DNA from: an uncultured bacterium
GTDB lineage: Bacteria; CSSED10-310; CAZUFC01
Direction: 5' to 3'
NCBI GenBank assembly: GCA_964619725.1
Contig: CAZUFC010000014.1
Location: forward strand, 32,001-96,000
Length of the DNA: 64,000 nt
The notes under the pieces were generated by a model that searched no databases, had not been told where the DNA came from, and was given only the letters and a program-made list of their open reading frames with translations. Below, piece after piece: positions 39,818 to 50,450 of this stretch. The position numbers and the translations under genes were made by a program. The number at the start of each line of letters is the position of its first letter. Within the stretch, counting starts at the first letter, position 1.

Positions 39818-40064
39818 TGACGAATGCCGGCAGCATGAGGTGATTTTCTCCCGGTAACTGGAAATGCTGAACATCGAAGGCCGTTGCCTGATGCTGGATT
39901 GACTCCACTATCATCCGCGAATTCACGCGAATTTACGCGAAAAGAGAAGAAGGAAAAATTTTTACGTTTGCTGATCACGTTACGAGCGATGGGTTCAATA
40001 AAGGCATCGATGAACGCTTTAAAGGTAAACCATCATGACGAAAACTCAATAAACATACGAGTCT

Positions 40065-40115
40065 CGGCAATGGCGAACCTCTTATTCGTCCGATTCGTGA
40101 GATTCGTGGTTAAAT
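40065..40115 (+). repeat. Dispersed intergenic element family B, copy 3 (partial)
   Basis: CGGCAATGGCGAACCTCTTATTCGTCCGATTCGTGAGATTCGTGGTT matches the core of 2742-2913. Confidence 0.7.
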
Positions 40116-40190
40116 ACCGACATAATTCCTTCACCAACGCCAAGCCGCTTCACTCTGCCATAAAACACCAAAACCATCATCCCCTCAGTT

Positions 40191-41129
40191 TCATCTTCCA
40201 AATTTTGAAGATTCGATGCCCAAATGACGCGACAACTCTTGGCCTTTCTCGTAGCAGCGCTTAAATAATCGTTGATCGCCCATTTTCTGGGCTAGGGAAA
40301 CGAGATGAGCATAATCGGTGAAAAGCAATCGAAAATCTTCCGCTTTTTCCCCGTATTCGACGGCGGTTTCAAGAGCTTTTACAGCCTTTTCGAATTCTCC
40401 CGTTTTAAGATAAATCTGCGCCAGGTTGTGATGGTCGAGGGCAAGAGCGGAGATCGAATTCTGCATTTCATGCAGCTCTATGGCTTTTTTCTGATAGTTC
40501 AGCGCTTTTTCGGTATCGTTCAGCATAAGATGAAAAGTCCCTATATTGCTGAGCAAATCGCCGATTAATGCCTCGTTTTTATTCTGTCTTGCGACATCCA
40601 GAGCTTTCTGTGCCGTATCCAGGGCTTTGGATGCTTGCCCTTCTTTGGCCAGACAGTTTGACTTCAGCTTCATAAGGTATTCGGAATCAGGATGCTCTTC
40701 AATCAGTGAGCATGCATCCTCAAGCGTTTCCCCGTACCGTCCTGCCCTGTATTTAAGAAGCGCCAGTCCGTAATATGCCTGCAGACGCGTCTTGTCGGAT
40801 TCAACCTTTTCACTCAACTCCGTTAAACGTTCGATCCCGCCTTGGATTCGCTTACTCACAACGTAAGCTTCAGCCAGTTCCTCGATTTCTTCAAAACCGG
40901 CGCGACCGTTTATGAGAGCTTCATTCAGTTCATTGATCCGTTTATCTTTATTTTGAGCAGGAAAATAATTATCGGGCGATCCGGCGGGCACACGCATGCT
41001 GTACAGTTGTTTCAGGTTTGATGATCTTTCGGAGGAGCTCAACAGCATTTCGCCCAAATAGATGCCTGCAGCAACGATTAAACCGGAGAAAACTATAAAA
41101 AAAGGTTTTAAAGTCGACCTGGACGCCAT
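40191..41129 (-). CDS. Membrane-anchored TPR protein
   Basis: N-terminal TM; TPR units (LSNIGTFH...ALNYQKKAI, HNLAQIY...A...LETAV). Confidence 0.75.
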   Translation of the reverse strand: MASRSTLKPFFIVFSGLIVAAGIYLGEMLLSSSERSSNLKQLYSMRVPAGSPDNYFPAQNKDKRINELNEALINGRAGFEEIEELAEAYVVSKRIQGGIERLTELSEKVESDKTRLQAYYGLALLKYRAGRYGETLEDACSLIEEHPDSEYLMKLKSNCLAKEGQASKALDTAQKALDVARQNKNEALIGDLLSNIGTFHLMLNDTEKALNYQKKAIELHEMQNSISALALDHHNLAQIYLKTGEFEKAVKALETAVEYGEKAEDFRLLFTDYAHLVSLAQKMGDQRLFKRCYEKGQELSRHLGIESSKFGR

Positions 41130-41261
41130 TAATAAAACTTCGCTTTTTCCCTTTGATCCGTTGAGAAAAAGAGGATAAAATTTGATATGTCTTCAGTTTT
41201 TATGAAATTACAGTATTCCCCTCATCATATCTGAAGCCGGCTTTTTAAGCTGCATCCGGAT

Positions 41262-41696
41262 TCATATTTCCAGAAGAACCTGATAATCCTCCCGTGATTC
41301 CCCTTCAGGAATCTCTTTTTTCACCAGAAGTACACCCTCTTCTGATATCCGGCGAATGCAAATGTCAGTACCCTCTATACACTCATTCAAACGGAACCAT
41401 TCCTGAGTGAAATCCTTGAATCTTATGACCGCTATTTCATCTTCGCCGGAAGAAACTATGCCGACGAGATTCAGAGAATCCACATAGGCTTTGAATTTTT
41501 CGGCGCCCGTTAATTCTTTCTGTTCCGGTTCTTTCGCAACATCCGAAACCTGATTATCCTCCCTATCTTGTTCCGTCTGGGGATCATCGGCTTTTGTTTC
41601 AACTGCAGGTTCCATAGGTTCCTGCGCCTCGGCGACAGTAAAAACCGCACAAAGAATAAAAACTAAAGCCGGGATAAAGAAATATTTTCCTCTCAT
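41262..41696 (-). CDS. Exported protein with PilP/GspC-HR-like beta domain
   Basis: Signal peptide, acidic linker, LNLVGIVSSG...IAVI...W...E.IEG...IRRISEEGVLL pattern. Confidence 0.45.
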   Translation of the reverse strand: MRGKYFFIPALVFILCAVFTVAEAQEPMEPAVETKADDPQTEQDREDNQVSDVAKEPEQKELTGAEKFKAYVDSLNLVGIVSSGEDEIAVIRFKDFTQEWFRLNECIEGTDICIRRISEEGVLLVKKEIPEGESREDYQVLLEI

Positions 41697-43810
41697 TGCC
41701 TTTTTCTCCTCTTAAACTTTTTCAAACGTTCGATCATCTCTTTTCTTGTTTCCCTTGCGGGAATTCTTCCGCCGAATCTGGTCAAGCAATACACATCAAT
41801 AATCGGTTCCAGCAACTCTGCGAATTCAGGACGTTTTTTTCTGATTCTTTCAAGATATTCCCAGGGACCTTCGTACTTGAATTTCGGGCCAATAACAGGT
41901 TCAACGCCCCGTAAAAACCGACTGTAGAGATTCACTGCATAAATCTGTCCTTCAGATCGTTCGGCAGCAGACATTAAACGTATCCAATATCTCACCAGGC
42001 TAATCCCATCGTAGAAAACGAAAATCGCAAGGACGCTCAACATGAGTGATATGATCATAGCAGTTTTAAGGAAAAAAGCCAAGTTATTTTTCAATGTGAC
42101 CGACAAATCGAAAAAGAGTTTTCCCGTTTTCAGCGCAATGACATGTATAATGTTTTTCAGGTTGCTGATAATGATGATCTGCTGATGTTTTGAGAAATCG
42201 ATGAAACGACGGCGCCATTTCGATTCCAGGTTTCTTTTCAGCTGGAACCACCAACCGTCCGCCCCTCTGTCGTCCAGGTCCGTTCGGGGAGGAGTGGGAT
42301 CGAAAGGTAACCATCCGAAAGCGGGAATATAAACTTCGGCCCAGGCATGGATATCCTTGTTTCTGACGATCCTGACCCCGGCGCCTGCATTCGTTCCGGA
42401 AAGGTAACCGTTCACGAGCCGGGAAGGTATGCCCAGGCTTCGCATAAGCAAAACGAAAGCTGATGCGAAATACTCGCAATGACCCTTTTTATTATGAAAA
42501 AGAAAATCCTCGACAGGATCATAGCCTCGTCCGACCGCTTTTCTTTTCAGGCTGTAATCGTAATTATCCCGAAGGTAATCTCTTATGATTACAGCTTTTT
42601 CATAGACATTCTGAGAATCGTCGACAAGCCCTCCGGCCAGACGACTCACTCGACTCGATATGGTCGCCGGCATCTGCGTGTATTTGTAAAAAAGGTCTCT
42701 CGAAAGAACCTTTCTGGCGCCGCGCTGCTGTCCATTCCGATATATTTTTTCAGGGACCTCGGAAATGTCCGTTCTGTTCAGATAAAGCCTGTATGAATAA
42801 CCTGAACGAACGCTTCGGGTCGGAAAAGCGGCGCCCTGCTCATCCTGGGACACTACAACGTCGTCCGTTTTGATAATTTCGGCGCCGTAAGGAATAAAAA
42901 GCGCCCTTTTTTCATGATTGACTGCCGTAATCTTTATATGCTGCAGTTCATCGATTTCTCCTGACTCTGTTTCCCCCGACTGCAGCGGGATATCCTCCAA
43001 TTTATAGACCTCTTCCGCAATGCGCTCGGCTCTGTGATACCGTCTTTTTGCGGTTTCCCAAACAAAATCTTCATAATGATCGAAAACGAGTCCTCGAAAA
43101 TAGTCCACCCGGGGACCGCTGACGCGAAAAACAATCTGGTCGCTTTCCATTATATCCGTGAAATCGCCCAGAAATATCGAACGGGAGAATCCCGTCGTCT
43201 GCTTATAATTATCATCGAAGGCTCCGATAAAGCCTGGCGGCGTACGAGGAACCAACGGAAAGAGGAAAACGGCAAAAATAATGACGAAGGATGTAACGGC
43301 CAGGGCAAAGGCGTAATCGGCATGCTGAGGCGATTCATGCGAAGGGGATTCCCGAAATTGTTCTTTATTTGCAATGAGTTTTAACTTAATAAGAGAATAA
43401 ACCGAGGCGGCGACGTAAGCCAGGAGGAAAAGAACGAAAGTGACGGATTCGGTCAGAACTGCAGCCGCCAGGAATTGTATGAGCGAAATAATCAGAATGT
43501 AGGAGTATTCCTTGGTATTTTTCTTTTTTACCGACAAAACGACTTGAATGAACATCAGGAAATGCGTCAAAGCCAGGATTCGGATGTCCGCCCTGAGCAG
43601 TCCCTCTGCTGCGAAGACCATAAAAGCGGTCAAAGCAGCAAAATTAATTCCCCGTCTTGATATATTGAATTCTGAAACCAGCAGACTCAGGACGAAAACC
43701 GCAGTAAGGGATAAAGAAATCGTGGGATTCTCCGCAGCTTCCATCTCAGCCGTAATGATGGCCATGTTAGCGATCAGCCCGGCCCAGAAAAATGACCATG
43801 CTTTTTTCAT
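41693..43810 (-). CDS. TgpA-like membrane transglutaminase (DUF3488 + transglutaminase core)
   Basis: TM block, FPLVPR, TGFS; catalytic triad GHCEYFASA / HAWAEVY / FDPTP. Confidence 0.9.
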   Translation of the reverse strand: MKKAWSFFWAGLIANMAIITAEMEAAENPTISLSLTAVFVLSLLVSEFNISRRGINFAALTAFMVFAAEGLLRADIRILALTHFLMFIQVVLSVKKKNTKEYSYILIISLIQFLAAAVLTESVTFVLFLLAYVAASVYSLIKLKLIANKEQFRESPSHESPQHADYAFALAVTSFVIIFAVFLFPLVPRTPPGFIGAFDDNYKQTTGFSRSIFLGDFTDIMESDQIVFRVSGPRVDYFRGLVFDHYEDFVWETAKRRYHRAERIAEEVYKLEDIPLQSGETESGEIDELQHIKITAVNHEKRALFIPYGAEIIKTDDVVVSQDEQGAAFPTRSVRSGYSYRLYLNRTDISEVPEKIYRNGQQRGARKVLSRDLFYKYTQMPATISSRVSRLAGGLVDDSQNVYEKAVIIRDYLRDNYDYSLKRKAVGRGYDPVEDFLFHNKKGHCEYFASAFVLLMRSLGIPSRLVNGYLSGTNAGAGVRIVRNKDIHAWAEVYIPAFGWLPFDPTPPRTDLDDRGADGWWFQLKRNLESKWRRRFIDFSKHQQIIIISNLKNIIHVIALKTGKLFFDLSVTLKNNLAFFLKTAMIISLMLSVLAIFVFYDGISLVRYWIRLMSAAERSEGQIYAVNLYSRFLRGVEPVIGPKFKYEGPWEYLERIRKKRPEFAELLEPIIDVYCLTRFGGRIPARETRKEMIERLKKFKRRKRQ

Positions 43811-45001
43811 TTAAATGCTCCGCTCGCGAAAAACTGAAATTTCTTCCAGATCGCTTTCATCATATATCAGATGACCGTTTAATCCGTAGTTTCTAATCCG
43901 GTTCATCATCCTTTCACCCCGTTTCATATCATTCTCTACATTTAAAAGCATGAAACGGATATCGGAATTGCCGAGGGTCCGGAAAAATTCCAGAGTTTGC
44001 CTTGATATGTGAGAAAAAAGGATGATGAAGATTGCTGAAGAAGGCAAAAAGGGCAATGTCTTTTTGATCTCGGACTGCAGGTCTGTGCCCGGCGCCGGCA
44101 TTTCCAGCGCCAGCCGCCTTAACTCAGGAAAAAGAAACTCTTTGGAATCTTTTAACAAAAGCATATCCCCGCTGCCGCCTGTTACGGAACGAAAACTGCA
44201 AGCATGCCCCTTGTTCAGGAAATAATCACAAAGAGCCGCGGTCATGCGTATCCTTTTCTCAAACAATTCATCAGGATTGTTCGGGTCGGCGCCGATCGAT
44301 GCAGGGTCATTCATTATTACAAAGGACGGCTCCGCTTCCTTCTCATATTCCTTCACTATCAACTTTCCCAGACGCGCCGTCGATTTCCAGTGTATTTTTC
44401 TTACCTCATCCCCGTAATGATACTCCCGCAAATATAGAATATTGTCTCCCATCCCCGCCTTGCGTCTGACTGCTGAACCGGAAGACTGCACAGAACTGAA
44501 TACCGGCGCAGGCATCCGTTGCAAAGGCTTATACTCCGGATATACAACGACTTCCTTCTCCGCTTCGGCCTTCCTCCGAACCTGAAAAAATCCGAATGGA
44601 AAATCCGTCTCAAGCAAAACAGGGCGCAACTTGTGCAAACCGCGTCTCCTGAACGCCTGCTCAATCTCCTGCTCCTTCGTCTCCCCTCCGCCCAAATACT
44701 CCAGATAAACAATCTCTTCCTCCTGCTCCAGGCTTATCTTCAAACCGTAAACAGGTAATCTTTTACTGTTTCTGACGGTTAATCTGATCGTTATCGGGCG
44801 GTTTTGAAACACATTCGCAGGAGATCGACGCTCAACCTCCACTCCGCGTAACGCATAAATCGCATAAAGTATCGAAATAAAACTCAATCCGGCCAGCATT
44901 AAAAAAATTAAATACAGTAAATTCTTACCCGTGTTGAATGCCGAAGACAGAACCACTACCGATAACAATACGAAAATAAATCCTTGCTTCGTCAAACGCA
45001 T
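43811..45001 (-). CDS. DUF58 domain protein
   Basis: RRGLH, FPFGFF, LREYHYGDEVRKIHWKSTAR. Confidence 0.92.
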   Translation of the reverse strand: MRLTKQGFIFVLLSVVVLSSAFNTGKNLLYLIFLMLAGLSFISILYAIYALRGVEVERRSPANVFQNRPITIRLTVRNSKRLPVYGLKISLEQEEEIVYLEYLGGGETKEQEIEQAFRRRGLHKLRPVLLETDFPFGFFQVRRKAEAEKEVVVYPEYKPLQRMPAPVFSSVQSSGSAVRRKAGMGDNILYLREYHYGDEVRKIHWKSTARLGKLIVKEYEKEAEPSFVIMNDPASIGADPNNPDELFEKRIRMTAALCDYFLNKGHACSFRSVTGGSGDMLLLKDSKEFLFPELRRLALEMPAPGTDLQSEIKKTLPFLPSSAIFIILFSHISRQTLEFFRTLGNSDIRFMLLNVENDMKRGERMMNRIRNYGLNGHLIYDESDLEEISVFRERSI

Positions 45002-45241
45002 AACGTCTCTCTTGGCCTTTCCTTACAGATGAAAATGAATATTCCTCATGAACGCTATCCCGGGAAAATTACGCCTCTTCATCCACATCCCGCAGAAAAC
45101 CGGAGCCATTACAAGCTCCCGCATCCTCTTTTGATTCACTTTCCTGCCCACAGGATTCGAATGAAATTAATGCCCCTTTCTCATCCGCCCCTATCTCAAT
45201 CTAACTCCGCTGACCAACTTAGTAAGGAAAACACGACTGCA

Positions 45242-45577
45242 CTACTTCCTCAACTCCTCATCATCCTGTATGCCTCCCCAACGCCTGATCCGTAACTCAT
45301 AATACACATTATCGCGCCATACCAGCTCTACCGTCAGCCGCATTCCGCTCTCTGTCTTCTCCTGAAATCCGCCTTCACGAAATGTAAACTTTCGAAAAAA
45401 ATCTATCAGCTCCCCTTTCGCCGGAAGAACCTTCCACGGCGCCGGCTCTATCACCACTTCCGGATAACGCCTCATCAGTATTACGAACCCTATGCTCCCC
45501 GACTCCGTCTGCAAAGACTGTATATCCTGTTTCCGTATCCTGTGAATCAAAAGATCTTTTAAAGACCTTTTCATCAA
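45242..45577 (-). CDS. Hypothetical protein
   Basis: 111-aa ORF with GGAGG RBS; no recognised motif. Confidence 0.5.
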   Translation of the reverse strand: MMKRSLKDLLIHRIRKQDIQSLQTESGSIGFVILMRRYPEVVIEPAPWKVLPAKGELIDFFRKFTFREGGFQEKTESGMRLTVELVWRDNVYYELRIRRWGGIQDDEELRK

Positions 45578-45814
45578 CTCTTCCTCCGGCGATGTCGAAA
45601 AATTTATTTGATAGCGAAAATCATCCCTTTCATATTCTTACCGTTATTTCATCGTTTGTCAAAATTACTCAAACGAAATATCTCGCACCGGCTGCTCCTT
45701 TTTTAGCGATTTTTTATGAGAGAATTTTCTCCATCCTCTTTGCCGACCTATTGCAGGGTAATGAATGAAAAAAACTAGCAGCGACAAAGTTCTTGCTTTT
45801 TCCGCTCCCGCAAC

Positions 45815-45849
45815 TTGCAAAATTTATCTTAAATTGCAAAATTTATCTT
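45815..45849. repeat. Perfect 16-bp direct repeat TTGCAAAATTTATCTT x2
   Basis: Copies at 45815-45830 and 45834-45849. Confidence 0.85.
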
Positions 45850-46105
45850 TTTTTTTACAAAAAAAATCACCTTCCTTTTTAATTAATTGTAAAAACTGAA
45901 GAAAATTTTCGGGATTTGCGAATCCAAAAAGGGGTTGCGTTAAACGGAAGGAATGTGAATTTAACTGCGAAACGGAATGACTTATACTTTTAATGGTCCG
46001 AATAAGCGTTGCTTTGAGGGATAATCGAGTATCAAACAAATTTTATAAAGAGCTGTGAAGACTTAAGAAAAAAAATGTAAATTTATTATTATTTTGTCAT
46101 TTTGC

Positions 46106-46135
46106 TTGACATAATTTTCGAAATCCTTTTATTAT
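46106..46135 (+). promoter_or_regulatory. Putative sigma70 promoter of the hybrid kinase
   Basis: TTGACA (46106-46111), 18 nt, TATTAT (46130-46135); AT-rich upstream. Confidence 0.5.
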
Positions 46136-46280
46136 TTTAATTGTAAGACATTAGAGATGAGAGTGGGGAATCTCTAAAGAAACATTCAGTTTTTTTTATG
46201 CAATTATGGGATGCTGATTTTCATTGGGAAAATGGAAAAGATCAATCACTTTGGCTACTGAAAAAAGGGGGGCAATTGAG

Positions 46281-47792
46281 ATGTTCGATCAGTTGAGGGG
46301 GAATTCAACGGATCAGTCAGGGAGATCGCAAAGTGGAAGCGCGGGTAAGCGCTTGATGATGGGGATGACGGAATTTTTCAAGTTTGCGGAGCGGAACGGT
46401 GGGATATTATCATCGGAGGGAGCGAAGCCTTATGAATGGTTATCTTATCAGATGACTGATCCTGCGAGTCGACTTCGTCGGGATAAGGTTGACAGGGGAC
46501 TTTCGGTGAATTCGAATGGAAACGGCCACGGAGTTTCCGGTGCGAAGCTGAACGGCCGAAACGGGAGCTCAGGAGGTAATTTGCGTGTAAAGGCGGATGT
46601 GCGGCGGCCTATGGGGACAAACGGAAACGGGAAGGAGCATTCCGGGGTCATTTCCAGGAAGCCTTCATGTGCGAGCGAGGAAGAGGAGGAGGAACAGGGC
46701 GGATATAATTTCGTTAAAGGATTGATGCACGATCTGACGAATATGATAACGCTGCTTTATCTCGACGTGGAGGATTTAAAGCGGTTATTCAAGGATAATG
46801 CTGATTATTCAAGGATATGTCAATTATCGGTATGGACTCGTCGCGCCAGCATATTGGCGGGTTTATTATCAAATCCGCCCGACAAATCTGAAGGTTCCTG
46901 CCGAATAACCAAGGTCAACGGCATAATCGAATATTTCATTAAATTATTAAAAAACAATTTTCCTCATATTGATTTTGAATTCAAGCCTTCGGACCCTGAT
47001 CCGCTGGTGCTGATGAGCAACATAGAGCTTCAGCGGATACTGCAGAATCTTCTGATGAATGCAGTGGAGGCGATAGAGCGTAACGGGACGATTCAGATAT
47101 CGACTTCCATTGAAGAGGCGAGTCTGGAGGAAGAGAAGGGAGCGAATCAGGACAAGCAGGTGTTTGTTGTGCTGAAGATCAAAGACAGCGGTTGCGGGAT
47201 GAATGATGTTCAAGTGGAGAATCTGTTCAAACATGCCTATTCCACGAAGGGGACGGGAAAGCATGCGAAGCACAAGGGAATAGGTTTGATAAACGTTTAC
47301 AACATAGTGAACTCACTGGGCGGTAAAATCGACATTGAAAGCCGGCCAGGCACAGGAACTGAATTTAAGATATATTTGCCGCCCGCAGGAATTCTGGCGG
47401 TTGAAGATAATTTAAGCTTGCTCGATCTCACCATAGCGAATCTCAAGAATGCAGGATTCAGGGTATTTCCTGCGCGTGACGGTTACGAGGCTTTATCTTA
47501 TTTCGAAAGGGGCGAGCGGGGCATCACGCTGGTATTCTCAGATATGAATCTGGGCGACATGGACGGATCGGAGTTATTTTTTGAGATAAGGAACTATAAT
47601 CGGGAAATACCTTTTATTTTCACGAGCGGTGATTCGGAGAAGAGCGACAAAAGGAAGAATCCGGCATTGAATTGCAAGGGAACGCGATTCATTGATCGAT
47701 TCACTGATAACCTTGAGGTGGTCAGGTTTATAAGGGAAACCATTTCGCAACATTGTTGCAGCGGAATGTTCGGCAAAAGCGACGGTCCTTAG
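46281..47792 (+). CDS. Cytoplasmic hybrid sensor histidine kinase/response regulator
   Basis: H box LMHDLTN, N box NLLMNAVEA, G1 DSGCGM, G2 GIGL; receiver LAVEDN...FSDMNL; start uncertain (46224 or 46281). Confidence 0.85.
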   Translation: MFDQLRGNSTDQSGRSQSGSAGKRLMMGMTEFFKFAERNGGILSSEGAKPYEWLSYQMTDPASRLRRDKVDRGLSVNSNGNGHGVSGAKLNGRNGSSGGNLRVKADVRRPMGTNGNGKEHSGVISRKPSCASEEEEEEQGGYNFVKGLMHDLTNMITLLYLDVEDLKRLFKDNADYSRICQLSVWTRRASILAGLLSNPPDKSEGSCRITKVNGIIEYFIKLLKNNFPHIDFEFKPSDPDPLVLMSNIELQRILQNLLMNAVEAIERNGTIQISTSIEEASLEEEKGANQDKQVFVVLKIKDSGCGMNDVQVENLFKHAYSTKGTGKHAKHKGIGLINVYNIVNSLGGKIDIESRPGTGTEFKIYLPPAGILAVEDNLSLLDLTIANLKNAGFRVFPARDGYEALSYFERGERGITLVFSDMNLGDMDGSELFFEIRNYNREIPFIFTSGDSEKSDKRKNPALNCKGTRFIDRFTDNLEVVRFIRETISQHCCSGMFGKSDGP

Positions 47793-48119
47793 TAGAGGAA
47801 CATAAAGGTGCAAAGGGGCCGGTTCCGTGCGAAGGCATTTTGAGTTGCTGGACTATATGACAGGGGCGACGTTAAGAGACACACCGGTTGGAAGGCTGAT
47901 TTTCCGGAAAGTCGTTATGGGTGAGCCGGCCAGCATTTGAGCGGTATAATTATTTTATTACCGCAAGAGTTTTCGTAGAGTCGTGCGACAAGAGCGTCCT
48001 GGTTGGCGGCGCTGAAGTTGACAAAACAATTGGAGAGACTTATATTTAATTGTCCTGGAAGAGAAAACGGGATTTTTTTTCGTTTTGTAGTGTGCAGGAT
48101 ACAGAAAGGAGTGCAACAG

Positions 48120-49007
48120 ATGAGGAAAGTATTTTTACTGACGGTATTGTTAAGCATGGCTGCGATTTTATTCTTGACGTCGTTGCCTTCGGCTTACGCG
48201 AAGCCTCGCATCGCGGTAGTCGATTTTGAGAACAAGGCCGGCGGATGGGGCGGTTGGCGCCTGGGCAACCAGGCAGCGGATATGCTGACAACAGAAATAG
48301 TAAAGACCGACAAGTATTCGGTAATGGAACGGGAGAAGCTTGATGCGGTGTTAAAAGAGCAGAATCTCGGTCAATCCGGACGGGTTGATCCGTCAACGGC
48401 CGCCAAAATCGGCAAAATTCTGGGCGTGGATGTGATCGTAACGGGAGCGGTCACTGAATTCGGCAAAAGCGAAGCAGGCGGCGGCGGCTGGGCTCTCAAC
48501 ATCAAAAAAGACACTTACGCCGGCGTCATTGATGCGCGTATGATCAGGGTCAATACGGGCGAGATCATATGGGCGGATACGGCGAAGGGATCGAGCGCCA
48601 ATGTGCGCGTACGTGTAAAGGGTTACGGCGGCGGAAAGGGTTACGACGAGAAAATAGCGAGCGATGTGTTGCGTGATGCCGTTAAGGAAATGGCGAAAAA
48701 GATCGGGGACAAGGCATCCGGGATTCAACCGCGAGCTGCTGCGCCCAAGCCGAGCATATTTAAAGTAGCGAAAGTAGAGGGCGATAAAGTGTGGCTTAAC
48801 GCTGGAAAAGATGAAGGTATATCAGAGGGCGATTCTTACAGCGTATACCGCAAGGGCGAGGAAATCGTCGATCCCGACACTGGAACCGTCCTGGGAGCCG
48901 AGGAAGAAAGAATCGGCTCGCTGAAAGTCACCAAAGTAAAATCAAAATATGCAATCGCTGAAATTGTGGAAGGAAGCGATTTTCAGACCGGCGACATAGT
49001 TAAATAG
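48120..49007 (+). CDS. CsgG/HfaB family protein with FlgT-C-like beta domain
   Basis: Signal peptide, KPRIAVVDF, VMEREKLDAVLKEQ, IVTGAVTEFG; C-terminal LNAG...G...GD...DPDTG. Confidence 0.85.
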   Translation: MRKVFLLTVLLSMAAILFLTSLPSAYAKPRIAVVDFENKAGGWGGWRLGNQAADMLTTEIVKTDKYSVMEREKLDAVLKEQNLGQSGRVDPSTAAKIGKILGVDVIVTGAVTEFGKSEAGGGGWALNIKKDTYAGVIDARMIRVNTGEIIWADTAKGSSANVRVRVKGYGGGKGYDEKIASDVLRDAVKEMAKKIGDKASGIQPRAAAPKPSIFKVAKVEGDKVWLNAGKDEGISEGDSYSVYRKGEEIVDPDTGTVLGAEEERIGSLKVTKVKSKYAIAEIVEGSDFQTGDIVK

Positions 49008-49072
49008 CGCCTGTCCGCAATGTCATTTTAAACTCGGCATGCCGCAACGAACAGACTAATTCGTTTTGCCGT

Positions 49073-49426
49073 TTATTTCTGCGATTCTACGGCTTCTATA
49101 ACGTCTCCCGGCGCGGCTGCATCTGGTGCAGTCGCGCCGGCGGCAAACTCAACCACGGAATGTGATTTTATACCTCCGTAACAGATGCGCCAGGGCGGAA
49201 TATTCCGCTTAATCCTGACGATCCTGTTACGCCTGTCCAGAAAAAGCGCATCGATATCGAATCTCATGAAAAAAGTATGGATCATACCGCAGGGTATTAT
49301 CCAGAGCGCTTCGTTATGACTCATGGAGGACCTGCCGAGAAGCCCGGCGGCACGCGAAAAAAAATCGTCCGCATATTCGGCTTTTTCAGCCAGGATAATA
49401 TTACGGCTTGCGTTCTTTATTAACAT
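49073..49426 (-). CDS. DUF192 domain protein
   Basis: SRAAGLLG, IHTFFMRFDID.LFLD, VVEFAAG. Confidence 0.9.
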   Translation of the reverse strand: MLIKNASRNIILAEKAEYADDFFSRAAGLLGRSSMSHNEALWIIPCGMIHTFFMRFDIDALFLDRRNRIVRIKRNIPPWRICYGGIKSHSVVEFAAGATAPDAAAPGDVIEAVESQK

Positions 49427-49562
49427 GTTTCACCTTTTGCGGTCCAACCCGCTTCGGAGACGAAAGTTTATGCTTTACGTGCTTGACTGGAATAATCATC
49501 GTCTGATAATAACTGCTTTTGTTGCTGCATATGCAAAGTTCACATGCGGAAAGGGGTTATGA

Positions 49563-50432
49563 ATGAAGGTAAAAAAAGGAATCATCGCTGCAGCCGGCCT
49601 GGGCACCAGATTCTTGCCGGCCACCAAAGCCATGCCGAAAGAAATTCTGCCCATTATCGACAAACCCATTATACAATACACGGTCGAAGAATTCTATGAT
49701 TCGGGACTGCGCACCATCATCATCGTGACCGGCCAAAGAAATAATGCGGTGATCGAAGAATATTTCGACATTAACAAATTCAAAAAGTATAAGAATCTGA
49801 ACGAAACCACAAAAAAATTATGGGAAATTCTGAACGAATGCTGCATATCTTTCGTCAAGCAGAGAGGACCTTACGGCAACGGTACGCCTCTTTTAAGCGC
49901 CAAGGAACTTTTAGGGGACGAACCTTTTATTTATGCTTTCGGTGACGATCTGATCTTATCGAAGACGCCTTTCACGCAGCAGCTGATAAATAATTATGAT
50001 CGATACGGCAGTTGCGTGGTCGGCGGTCAGGAAGTCCCCAAAGAGGATGTGGTGAAATACGGCATTTTGCGGCTTAAGGACAAAAGTGAAAAAATGGAGC
50101 TTGACGGCATCGTTGAAAAGCCTTCCATAGAAAACGCGCCGTCCAGACTGGCGGTATTCGGACGTTTTCTGCTTTTCCCCAAAGTCGTGGAGATATTAGA
50201 TAAAACGCCATTGGGGAAAAACAACGAGAAATGGATGACTGATGCGCTGGATGCCTATCTGAAAAATGACATCGTAACGGTTCAACCCGTTGAGAACGGA
50301 CGATGGCACACCACCGGCGATCCTCTGACTTTCCTTCAAACCGTGATCCAATACGCTTTGGAAAATAAGGAAATAGGAACTCAGTTCAAAGAATATCTAA
50401 GGGGATTGCAGGGGCGTTTCGATAAGGAATAA
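49563..50432 (+). CDS. galU: UTP--glucose-1-phosphate uridylyltransferase
   Basis: AAGLGTRFLPATKAMPKE, IVEKP. Confidence 0.9.
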   Translation: MKVKKGIIAAAGLGTRFLPATKAMPKEILPIIDKPIIQYTVEEFYDSGLRTIIIVTGQRNNAVIEEYFDINKFKKYKNLNETTKKLWEILNECCISFVKQRGPYGNGTPLLSAKELLGDEPFIYAFGDDLILSKTPFTQQLINNYDRYGSCVVGGQEVPKEDVVKYGILRLKDKSEKMELDGIVEKPSIENAPSRLAVFGRFLLFPKVVEILDKTPLGKNNEKWMTDALDAYLKNDIVTVQPVENGRWHTTGDPLTFLQTVIQYALENKEIGTQFKEYLRGLQGRFDKE

Positions 50433-50450
50433 TCGGGTGCGAGGGAAAAG

